From an uncultured Acetobacteraceae bacterium (GTDB taxonomy: Bacteria; Pseudomonadota; Alphaproteobacteria; Acetobacterales; Acetobacteraceae), in the NCBI GenBank assembly GCA_964242335.1, contig CAXTAY010000003.1:105069-169068 (forward strand): a stretch of DNA of 64,000 nucleotides. The letters run 5' to 3'. The position numbers and the translations under genes were made by a program. This document shows positions 8,452-16,582 of this stretch, piece after piece. Numbering within the stretch: position 1 is the stretch's first letter; each line of letters opens with the position of its first letter. The notes under the pieces were generated by a model. That model saw only the letters and a program-made list of their open reading frames with translations. It did no database searches and was not told where the DNA came from.

Positions 8452-9374
8452 CGCGCGGATCCGGGTCCGCGATCCGCGCGGCGGACGACGCCGAGACGGT
8501 CACGCAGCCGCAGAGCGCCGAGGCGGTCAGGCGGACGTTGGAGATAGAGGAGACCACCAACCGCTACTTCATCCATCCGGTCGCGAACCGGTTGGCACGG
8601 CTCTTCGCGCGCTTGCATGTCCGACCGAACAGCGTGTCCATCGCCGGCATGGCGTTCGGCGTATCCGCCGGCTTCGCCTATTACCACTACCGCGACGTGC
8701 GGTTCGCGATCGGCGGCTTTGCGCTCATGGTCGCCTGGCATGTCATGGATGGTGCCGACGGACAGCTCGCCCGTCTGACGCGGTCCCAGTCGCAATCGGG
8801 CAAGATCCTCGACGGCGTCTGTGACTACGTGACCTTCATCGCCGTCTACCTTGCCCTGGGCCTCGCGCTGAGTGCGCAGTACGGATACCGCGTATGGATC
8901 CTGATCGTGCTCTCCGGCGCCTGCCACGCGGTCCAGTCTGCCGTATACGAGGTGCAGCGGCAGGATTACGATTTCTGGGGCTGGGGGAAGCAATCGGCGC
9001 AGCTGTCGGAGCTTCGGGCGCCGCCGGCGCGGCAGCGGATCGCCGATCGGCTGCATCGGCTCTATGCGAGGGTTCAGCTCGTCGCGGCCGGCCTCGACAG
9101 CCGCTCCCGACGCAGCCTGACGGAGATCCTGGAACGTCAGCCGCAACGGGCGCCATCGATCCGTCGAACGTATCGCGAACGGTTCGCGCCGGCGACGCGA
9201 CACTGGTCGGTGATGTCGGCGAACTATCGTACGCTGGGGATATTCGTCGCCGCCCTGTTCGGTGTGCCGTTGTTCTATTTCTGCTTCGAGATCATCGGGC
9301 TGAGCGCGATCCTGATCGTCCTTCTGCGTCGGCAGCGCGATCGCTACGCGGCGTTCCTGAACGGGATCAGGTGA
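8448..9374 (+). CDS. CDP-alcohol phosphotransferase family membrane protein (DIPPS/PIP-synthase-like)
   Basis: GTG at 8448 (GTGA overlap) within ORF 7974..9374. It has the complete signature DGADGQLAR-x8-GKILDGVCD and multiple hydrophobic helices. Confidence 0.85.
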   Translation: MTRGSGSAIRAADDAETVTQPQSAEAVRRTLEIEETTNRYFIHPVANRLARLFARLHVRPNSVSIAGMAFGVSAGFAYYHYRDVRFAIGGFALMVAWHVMDGADGQLARLTRSQSQSGKILDGVCDYVTFIAVYLALGLALSAQYGYRVWILIVLSGACHAVQSAVYEVQRQDYDFWGWGKQSAQLSELRAPPARQRIADRLHRLYARVQLVAAGLDSRSRRSLTEILERQPQRAPSIRRTYRERFAPATRHWSVMSANYRTLGIFVAALFGVPLFYFCFEIIGLSAILIVLLRRQRDRYAAFLNGIR

Positions 9375-10465
9375 GCCAGGCCGGCCGAAGGCTTGCCGCG
9401 ATGCGCGTTGCGGAACAGGGCGATCGCCGCGACCATCACCAGGATCGAGGGCGTCAGCGCCGTGACCGCGGGGTTCACGTCGAGCAGCAGGCCCAGATGG
9501 CCGATGATCTGCTGGCCCAGCGAGAACACGATGCCGAAGCTCGCGCCGGCTGCGAGATAGGATCCGGCGTTCTGCGTCCGTGCCGATCCGAACACGAACG
9601 GTGCCACGATCATGATCATGGCGATCATCGAGAACGGAAGGCTGGCCTTGGCCCAGAGCTGCTGCTCGTACCGGATCGCCTTCTGGTGCCGGCGCTGCAG
9701 GGTGCGGATGTGCTGGTACAACGCGCTCGGCGGGATGCTCTCCAGGGGAAGCATCAGGAAGCGTATCTCCTGGATCGGCACGAAGCAGTGCCAGGACAGC
9801 GAGGCGAGATGCTCCGTCTTCAGCTGCGATGATTCGACGCGTCTTCTCGACACGTCCCTGAGCAGCCAGACCCCGTCGGGCCGAACATCGGCCTGCTCCG
9901 CATGGATGATGCTCTGCAGGCTCCCGTCCGCCTCGAAACTGTAGAGATCGATATCGATGGGCACCTGACCGCTGCGCAGTCGCTGCACGTTGAGATAGCG
10001 ACGGTCGCTCTGCGCCCAGAAACCGCTGTCGGCGTGGGAAGACGTCGAGGATGACAGGGCAACGGTACGCTGTTCCTGTGCCAGTCGCTGCGCCGGCGGG
10101 ATGACGAACTCCGCGGTCAGGAACAACGCCGTGACGATCGGAAAGATCAGCCTGAGCACCGACCCGACGATGCGGATCTCGGAGACGCCGAGACTCAGCA
10201 TCGCCGTGAGCTCGGAGTTCCTGGCCAGCGCACCGAGCGTAAGCAGGGAGCCCAGCAGCATGGAGACCGGCGTCACCTGCAGCAGCCGGGACGGCGCGGT
10301 CAGCAGCACGTAGAGGAGCGCATCCGTGACGTTGTACTGCCCCTGACCGACATAGGCGAGCTGCTCGACGAACTCCAGCAGGCTGAACAGCCCGGTCAGT
10401 GCCACCGCGACCCAGACGAAGGCCCGGAAGGCGGCGAACTCCACGTAGCGCCTAACCAGGATCAT
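9344..10465 (-). CDS. lptG: LPS export ABC transporter permease LptG
   Basis: ORF 9344..10465, 373 aa. The N-terminus MILVRRYVEFAAFRAF... and the YjgP/YjgQ permease topology fit LptG, and it lies directly downstream of lptF. Confidence 0.85.
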   Translation of the reverse strand: MILVRRYVEFAAFRAFVWVAVALTGLFSLLEFVEQLAYVGQGQYNVTDALLYVLLTAPSRLLQVTPVSMLLGSLLTLGALARNSELTAMLSLGVSEIRIVGSVLRLIFPIVTALFLTAEFVIPPAQRLAQEQRTVALSSSTSSHADSGFWAQSDRRYLNVQRLRSGQVPIDIDLYSFEADGSLQSIIHAEQADVRPDGVWLLRDVSRRRVESSQLKTEHLASLSWHCFVPIQEIRFLMLPLESIPPSALYQHIRTLQRRHQKAIRYEQQLWAKASLPFSMIAMIMIVAPFVFGSARTQNAGSYLAAGASFGIVFSLGQQIIGHLGLLLDVNPAVTALTPSILVMVAAIALFRNAHRGKPSAGLAHLIPFRNAA

Positions 10466-10474
10466 GGCGATCCG

Positions 10475-11704
10475 TCATGTACGCCCACGCCTGAGTGCCA
10501 GTCTCGGTCCATAGGTGGTGGAGAGCAGAAGCAAGGCGAGCAGCCCCGGAGCCCACCAGATACCCGGAAACCGCGGCATCATGCCGTGCTGCACCCAGGT
10601 TCGGGCCGAGGTGCAGAGCAGGTAATAGCCGAAATACACGATGAGCGCGGTGCCGAACCGCGCGTATCTGCCTTGCCGCGGCCTGGTGCGGCTCAGCGGT
10701 ATGCCCAGCATGCCGAGCAGCAGCGTCGACAGCGGCGTCGACAGCCGCCATTGCAGCTCGGCGGTATCTTCAGCGGAACCGGAAGCGGCGAGGTGCGCGC
10801 TGCTCGCGGCGACGGCGCTGTATCCGAGGGGTTCGCGGTCTCGGCCTTCCGGAAACACCGTCAGTCCGTTCGCATGCACCGCCTGATCGGGCTGGGCCCT
10901 GTCGCGGTCTATCTCGTAGATGTAGGCGTCGCTCATATAGACTTCCGGATCGCTGTCCGGCGCGGTCTGCGCGAGCTTGTAGGCGCGCTGGGCATGGATG
11001 ATCTCGGTGCGGTCGCTGTGCCGGAGCTTGACGAAGACGTCGCGCGCCGGGGCGCCGGGCCCGTCACGATGCGCCAGGAAGATCACCCGGGTGCCGTCGC
11101 GCCCGACATAGAAGGAGTTCGCCTCCATCGCGTTGACGTCGAGCAGGGTGCCGGCCTGGCTCGAGAGCTCGTGCAGTCTCTCGTACGCCCAGGGTCTGAC
11201 GATCAGCGACAGGGCGGCGACCACGAGGGCCAGGTAGCCCGACAGGGTCAGCACCGCCCGCATCATCGTCGCCGGCGTCAGGCGCAGGGCGAACATCGCC
11301 GCGAACTCGGACTCGCTGTACAACCTCGCGAACGACAGCATGACCGAGATATAGAGCGAGGCCGGTATCAGCACCTCGAGCGAGATCAGGACCTTCAGGC
11401 CGACCAGTTCCGCGATCGCACTGGCCGGCAGCAGCCCGTCGACCGCGTCGGACAGGAAGCCGCTGGCGCTGTAGCTGGCGAACAGCGCGAGCAGGATGCC
11501 GAGGATGATCGCGAGCGGCTTGCTCAGCTCACGCACCAGGTAGCGGTTGATGATCAAGACCGACGGCCGCCGATCCGCGCCCAGGCGGGGACGGTGCCCG
11601 CGGCGCCGCCGGAGGGCATGATCCTCGCGCTCGAAGAGGCTGTAGCCAAGCTCCGACAGGGCATTCGTGAGTGGTCCCGGCAGTCGTGGGTCCGGATCTA
11701 GCAC
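10475..11704 (-). CDS. lptF: LPS export ABC transporter permease LptF
   Basis: ORF 10475..11704. The conserved start region LIINRYLVRELSKPL is typical of LptF. The true start may be the TTG at 11557, because the 49-aa N-terminal extension from the ATG at 11704 is atypical. Confidence 0.8.
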   Translation of the reverse strand: MLDPDPRLPGPLTNALSELGYSLFEREDHALRRRRGHRPRLGADRRPSVLIINRYLVRELSKPLAIILGILLALFASYSASGFLSDAVDGLLPASAIAELVGLKVLISLEVLIPASLYISVMLSFARLYSESEFAAMFALRLTPATMMRAVLTLSGYLALVVAALSLIVRPWAYERLHELSSQAGTLLDVNAMEANSFYVGRDGTRVIFLAHRDGPGAPARDVFVKLRHSDRTEIIHAQRAYKLAQTAPDSDPEVYMSDAYIYEIDRDRAQPDQAVHANGLTVFPEGRDREPLGYSAVAASSAHLAASGSAEDTAELQWRLSTPLSTLLLGMLGIPLSRTRPRQGRYARFGTALIVYFGYYLLCTSARTWVQHGMMPRFPGIWWAPGLLALLLLSTTYGPRLALRRGRT

Positions 11705-11886
11705 ACCTCGACCCGGAAACCACGTGCGGGCGAAGTATCCGCCGCGGCCTCGGGCAGGGCCGCCGGTCGATCACCTGTCGCCTCGTGGCGGAGGCTGCGC
11801 GACGGGCGGGATCAGCCGCTTGCGCATCGCGTCCCGGCGCACGATGGATGTGCCGTCACTTGAACTCGAATTGCATCGGGGCTGCG

Positions 11887-12969
11887 ATGAAGCACGGTCA
11901 TGATCCCAAACTCCGCCTCGGCCAGTCGTTGCGGCAGGCCTCGAGCTTCTCGCCCGGGCTCACCGACGCGCCGCCGCTGCCGGTGGTGAACTACGCCGCC
12001 CTGAACAGGACGGCGCCGGAGCTGCTGCAGACACCGGCGGGCACGCTGCCGAAGGCCTCGGCGGTGGTGATCACCTGGGCCGAAGCCGAGTGGGCGGCGC
12101 TTCAGCATGTGTTCTGCAGCGGCGGCTCACCGATGCCCTACGCCGATCGGTCGCGCGGCGACTGGCCGGGCTGGGAGAAGTACGCCGCGGACCTGCCGCA
12201 GGGCGCACCGTCCGGTTGGGGATACTGGGGCAGTTATCGCCTGGTGGAACTTGGCAGCAAACCGGTGCTGCTGTTCAAGTCGAACACGCATCTCGACTGG
12301 CCGGGCGCCAGCTTCCTGCGGACGCTGATCGAGCGCCTGGTCTCCGAGGTCGAGCCGGCCCTGATCATGTCCATCGGCACCGCAGGCGGGGCCAACACCA
12401 CGGACCATGTCGGCACGGTGCGCGCGGTGAGTGCCGGAACCCTCTACGAAGCCGGTCAACCGGCGGCTCGCTGGCCGGAGTACAAGAACGGCTGGACGGC
12501 GAGCGACGTGCTGCTGGGAGACTCGAATTTCCACACGCTGCTGTTCCCGGTGCCGACCAGTGCGAGCGCGCTGGACGCGCTGAGTGCCGGGTTCAACCAG
12601 CATTACCGTACCAGCTACACGCTCGACCAGCTCGATCCCGACGGGCTGAACCTGGGCGACGCGGTGCCGCGGATCGACGACCAGACCGGCGGCGCCGCCT
12701 CGCTGCTGACCACGTCCAGCTTCGTGGTCGGCACGACGGCGGGCGACTACCAGGCCTACACGTCGATCGAGATGGACGACGCCGTCATCGGCGAGGCGTG
12801 CGCCGCCAGCGGCACCGCGTTCGCGTTCGTGCGCAACATCTCCGATCCGGTGCAGAACGCTGCACTGCCGGCCGAGGTGCAGGGCAACTGGGGGAGTGCC
12901 GTCTACGACGCCTACGGTTTCTACACCAGCTACAACGGCGCGATCGCCGCCTGGGCGATGCTCGCCTGA
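11887..12969 (+). CDS. Nucleoside phosphorylase-superfamily (PNP/UDP fold) protein, function unknown
   Basis: ATG at 11887 (MKHGHDPKL) within ORF 11671..12969. Blocks resemble the PNP_UDP family (IMSIGTAGG; SIEMDDAVIGEA; FAFVRNISD). Confidence 0.6.
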   Translation: MKHGHDPKLRLGQSLRQASSFSPGLTDAPPLPVVNYAALNRTAPELLQTPAGTLPKASAVVITWAEAEWAALQHVFCSGGSPMPYADRSRGDWPGWEKYAADLPQGAPSGWGYWGSYRLVELGSKPVLLFKSNTHLDWPGASFLRTLIERLVSEVEPALIMSIGTAGGANTTDHVGTVRAVSAGTLYEAGQPAARWPEYKNGWTASDVLLGDSNFHTLLFPVPTSASALDALSAGFNQHYRTSYTLDQLDPDGLNLGDAVPRIDDQTGGAASLLTTSSFVVGTTAGDYQAYTSIEMDDAVIGEACAASGTAFAFVRNISDPVQNAALPAEVQGNWGSAVYDAYGFYTSYNGAIAAWAMLA

Positions 12970-12988
12970 GCCGGGCGAACCTATCCTG

Positions 12989-13873
12989 TCAGGCCAGTTC
13001 CAGGATGGCCTGCGCCCAGTCGCGCGGCGCCTCCTGCGGGACCGCATGGCCGACGCCCGCGAGGACCCGGCGCTCGTAGCGGGCGGAGAAATGCGTCTCG
13101 TGTCCCTCCGAGGTGGAGGCGGGCGCCACGGTGTCGCCGGCGCCGTGGAAGGTGATCGTCGGCACGGAGATCTGCGGTTTGGCGGCGATCGCCTGCTCCA
13201 TCGCGGCGTAGGCGGGATCGCCGGCGGCGTTGCCCATGCGGTGGCGGTAGGAATGGATGACCACGTCGACGAAGTCCGGATTGTCGAAGGCCGCCGCCGA
13301 ACGCTCGTAGCTCGCATCCTCGAAGCGCCACTCGGGTGACCAGAGGCGCCAGAGCAGCTTGCAGAAGGTGTGGCGGTTCTGGTCCAGTCCGTTCCGGCCA
13401 CGCTCGGTCTGGAAGTAGTGCTGATACCACAGGCGATGTTCGGCTTCCGGCGCCAGCGGATCGGAGGCGGCGGCGATATCCTGGACCACGTAGCCGCAGG
13501 CATTGACGAGGCCGGTCACCCGGTCCGGCCGCAGTGCCGCCAGGCAGCAGGCCGACCGGCCGCCCCAGTCGAAGCCGGAGACGATGGCGCGTCCGATGCC
13601 GAGCGCGTCGAGCAGATCCAGGGCATCCTGCGCCAGCGCCGCCTGCTGGCCGGACCGGATCGTCTGTGCCGACCGGAAGTGCGTCGGCCCGTAGCCGCGC
13701 AGGTAGGGGGCGATCACTCGCGAGCCCGCCGCCGCCAGGACGGGTGCCACCTCGGCGAAGGCCTGCGGGTCGTAGGGAAAGCCATGCATGAGCAGCACGG
13801 CCGGTCCGTCCGCGGGTCCCCACGCCTCGTAGGCGATGCGCAGGGTCGCGGTCGCGATGGTGGAGCGGGTCAT
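12989..13873 (-). CDS. Alpha/beta hydrolase (epoxide hydrolase/haloalkane dehalogenase-like)
   Basis: ORF 12989..13873, 294 aa, with HGFP oxyanion motif (LLMHGFPYD) and nucleophile elbow SGFDWGG. Confidence 0.85.
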   Translation of the reverse strand: MTRSTIATATLRIAYEAWGPADGPAVLLMHGFPYDPQAFAEVAPVLAAAGSRVIAPYLRGYGPTHFRSAQTIRSGQQAALAQDALDLLDALGIGRAIVSGFDWGGRSACCLAALRPDRVTGLVNACGYVVQDIAAASDPLAPEAEHRLWYQHYFQTERGRNGLDQNRHTFCKLLWRLWSPEWRFEDASYERSAAAFDNPDFVDVVIHSYRHRMGNAAGDPAYAAMEQAIAAKPQISVPTITFHGAGDTVAPASTSEGHETHFSARYERRVLAGVGHAVPQEAPRDWAQAILELA

Positions 13874-14017
13874 GGTCGATCTTCCCCGGGGCGCGGATGC
13901 CAGCTTCGGCGACGACCGTGCCGCACGCCAATCAACATGCCGCCGCGTCGGCGATTGACGACCCGGCGCCGAAGCCGCGTGATAAAGCGGCGCGGACCAC
14001 CGCCGGGGGACACTTGG

Positions 14018-14542
14018 ATGCAGGGCCGTCTCGTCGCCGGGCTATACGCCGCCATGCCGGCCTGCCTCCTGGCCGCATCGCCGGCTGCCGCCGGACGAGC
14101 TCCCGCGGACGCGCCCGCCGGCATCGTCATCGCGGCCGGTGCGGCGTCGGGCCACCTGGTCACGCCCGCCGAGCTCGCATCGCTTCCGACCGTGCAGGTG
14201 CAGGTCGCGGCCGAACCCGGTCACGGACCGCCGCGCGCCTTCGAGGGTCCGCTGCTCTGGACCGTGCTCGGCCGTGCCGGCGCGGTCGATGCCGGCAGGA
14301 TGCACGACCAGGTGCGGCAGACGGTGCTGGTCACCGGGCGGGACGGCTATACGGCGGTCCTGGCAGTCGGCGAGATCGCGCCGGCGTTCGAGAACAAGCA
14401 GGTCATCGTCGCCGAGCGCGCGGACGGCCAGCCGCTCGGTCCGGAGCATCTGCGCCTCGTCGTTCCGGGAGATCGTCGTGGCGGCCGAGCTGTGCACGAC
14501 CTCGCACGCATCGTCGTCGCTCAACCGGTGGCACCGCGCTAG
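14018..14542 (+). CDS. Secreted molybdopterin-binding-oxidoreductase-like domain protein
   Basis: ATG at 14018 within ORF 13370..14542. It has a signal-peptide-like N-terminus (MQGRLVAGLYAAMPACLLAASPAAA). The body resembles short oxidoreductase molybdopterin-binding domain proteins (GPLLWTVL...VTGRDGYTAVL...LRLVVPGD). Confidence 0.6.
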   Translation: MQGRLVAGLYAAMPACLLAASPAAAGRAPADAPAGIVIAAGAASGHLVTPAELASLPTVQVQVAAEPGHGPPRAFEGPLLWTVLGRAGAVDAGRMHDQVRQTVLVTGRDGYTAVLAVGEIAPAFENKQVIVAERADGQPLGPEHLRLVVPGDRRGGRAVHDLARIVVAQPVAPR

Positions 14543-14600
14543 CTCGCGGCCGCACGTCTCGGACGGCGATCGCTGGTGCGCTTCGGCCGGTGCGGGGCGG

Positions 14601-14897
14601 CTAGCCCTCGTCGGCGGAACAGTCCCTCCACAGCGCCGGCAGCCTGTCGAGGACCTGTGCCCTCTGCTCGACCTCATGCTCGATCACCACGAGGAGGGCG
14701 GTGGCGGCGATCCTGATGATCTCCTCGCCGTCGCAGCCCTCCTCACGCAGTCTCTCGCTATAGCGGGCGGCACCGGCGCGCAGCACCGGGTCGCCGGACG
14801 CGAAGAGGTCCAGGAAGTGACAAAGTGTCTGCATCTGCGACAGACGCCGGTCGTTCGCCGATGCGTCAAGCCCCGTCAGGGTGGATCTGGCGCTCAT
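14601..14897 (-). CDS. Hypothetical protein (98 aa)
   Basis: ORF 14601..14909. The ATG at 14897 is preceded by GAGGGA. The composition is protein-like and no family was recognised. Confidence 0.4.
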   Translation of the reverse strand: MSARSTLTGLDASANDRRLSQMQTLCHFLDLFASGDPVLRAGAARYSERLREEGCDGEEIIRIAATALLVVIEHEVEQRAQVLDRLPALWRDCSADEG

Positions 14898-15182
14898 CGT
14901 CCCTCGCAATCAGGTAACCGCACTGTCGAAATAGCTGATGCACGACTAGATACTAAATCGCAACGGCTTAACCATTCGTTTCTGAAGTATTAACGAGCGA
15001 TCTAAGGCTGTGATTTGTTATTGCAGTGGCGTCGTTTCTCTGCGACCGGCGCTTGCCGCTCGCCCGGCGGCACCGGCCCGGCCTCCCTGCGGTCGCGTCG
15101 GCCGAAGACCATTCTCAACCGCTGGCACACAACCTATAGATCGACCTCCAACGGTCAGCTGCCATTCCTGGACAGGTGCGCG

Positions 15183-16052
15183 ATGCTGCGGACGATCTGG
15201 GCGCTCCTCGAGGACAGCGTCAAAGGCTATATCGAGGACGATGCGCTGTCGCGCGGGGCAGCGATCGCCTACTACACGATCTTCTCGATCGCTCCGATGC
15301 TCGTCATCATCATCGCCATCGTCGGCCTGATCTACGGCCCGCAGGCGGCGCACGGCGCGATCAAGGGAGAGCTGCAGGGCATGATGGGTGCCGATGGCGC
15401 CTACGCGATCCAGACCATGATCGCCTCGGCCAGCAACAGGCACAGCGGCATCGTGGCCACCCTGCTCGGCATCGGCACGCTGCTGGTCACCGCCAGCGGC
15501 GTGTTCGGCGAGATGCAGATCGCCCTCAACGTGATCTGGAACGTCCGGGCGCGCGGCAGATCCTCCACCGTGTCTCGCCTGGTCCGGGCGCGGGCGATCA
15601 GCCTCGGGCTGGTCGCGGCACTCGGCTTCATGCTGGTGATCTCGCTCGCCGTCAGCACCGCCGTCGCCGCCCTCGGCTTCGCGCTGCAGCACAGGCTTCC
15701 CGGCATCGACCTGCTGATCCAGCTGCTGAACTTCCTGGTCTCGTTCGCGATGATCACGGTGCTGTTCGCGGCGATCTACAAGGTGCTGCCCGACCAGTCG
15801 ATCGAGTGGTACGACGTCTGGGTCGGCGCGCTGACCACTGCGCTGCTGTTCACGATCGGCAAGACCGCGATCGGGCTCTATATCGGCAGCAGCCAGGTCG
15901 CGTCCTCCTACGGCGCCGCGGGCGCCCTGGTCATCGTGCTGCTCTGGATCTACTACTCGGCACAGATCTTCCTGTTCGGCGCCGAGTTCACCAAGGCCTT
16001 CGCCAGGCGCCACGGCAGCCATTCCAAGGCCGGCGCGCGAGCGGCCCCGTGA
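15183..16052 (+). CDS. YihY/BrkB family membrane protein
   Basis: ATG at 15183 (MLRTIWALLEDSVKGYIEDDALSRGAAIAYYTIFSIAP) carries the canonical YihY N-terminal block. The rest is multi-TM. Confidence 0.85.
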   Translation: MLRTIWALLEDSVKGYIEDDALSRGAAIAYYTIFSIAPMLVIIIAIVGLIYGPQAAHGAIKGELQGMMGADGAYAIQTMIASASNRHSGIVATLLGIGTLLVTASGVFGEMQIALNVIWNVRARGRSSTVSRLVRARAISLGLVAALGFMLVISLAVSTAVAALGFALQHRLPGIDLLIQLLNFLVSFAMITVLFAAIYKVLPDQSIEWYDVWVGALTTALLFTIGKTAIGLYIGSSQVASSYGAAGALVIVLLWIYYSAQIFLFGAEFTKAFARRHGSHSKAGARAAP

Positions 16053-16080
16053 TCGCCTCGCCCCGGGTCAGGAGCACAGC

Positions 16081-16518
16081 TTGTCCGACGCCTTCGACCT
16101 CGACCGCTTCGTCGCCGCCCAGGAGCCGGTGCTGGCTCAGGTCCAGGCGGAGCTGGAACAGGGACGCAAGCGCAGCCACTGGATGTGGTTCGTCTTCCCG
16201 CAGCTGAGCGGCCTCGGCCACAGCGCGACCGCCCGGTACTACGCGATCGCCTCCAGGCAGGAGGCCGAGGCCTACCTGGCGCACCCGCTGCTGGGGCCGC
16301 GGCTGATCGCCTGCAGCGAGCAGGTCAACCGCATCGAGGGTCGCTCGGTGCAGCAGATCTTCGGCAGCCCGGACGACCTCAAGTTCCGCTCCTCGATGAC
16401 GCTGTTCGCGGCGGTGCGGCCGGAGGCAGCGGCGTTCCGCGGCGCACTGCTCCGTTACTTCGACGGGGTGCCCGACGCGGCGACTCTCGAGAGGCTCGGC
16501 GAGTGCTGGCCGGGGTGA
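16081..16518 (+). CDS. DUF1810 family protein
   Basis: ORF 16081..16518 with a TTG start. The blocks LDRFVAAQ...Y..V..EL..G.K.SHWMWFVFPQL.GLG.S and DDLKFRSSMTLF are characteristic of DUF1810. Confidence 0.8.
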   Translation: MSDAFDLDRFVAAQEPVLAQVQAELEQGRKRSHWMWFVFPQLSGLGHSATARYYAIASRQEAEAYLAHPLLGPRLIACSEQVNRIEGRSVQQIFGSPDDLKFRSSMTLFAAVRPEAAAFRGALLRYFDGVPDAATLERLGECWPG

Positions 16519-16527
16519 CGCAGCACA

Positions 16528-16582
16528 GGCCAGGGCGCCGCCCTGGACCTGCCGGGACCTGAGGCCGCGGACCCCGTCTGGC
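16528..16582 (+). repeat. GC-rich REP-like intergenic repeat, copy A
   Basis: The sequence ggccagggcgccgccctggacctgccgggacctgaggccgcggaccccgtctggc fills the 64-nt gap between convergent DUF1810 and the acyl-CoA ligase. It starts with the hairpin CCAGGGCG-C-CGCCCTGG and matches copy B at about 40 of the first 50 positions. Confidence 0.7.

Noticed and set aside
15017-15031. The 15-mer GTTATTGCAGTGGCG is shared between 15017-15031 (upstream of yihY) and 43087-43101 (the ORF-poor gap). I considered it as a shared promoter or operator motif.
   Set aside because: For 64 kb on two strands, several exact 15-mer coincidences are expected by chance (roughly N^2/4^15). There is no flanking similarity and no GGAAC-N16-CGTT type stress promoter around either copy.
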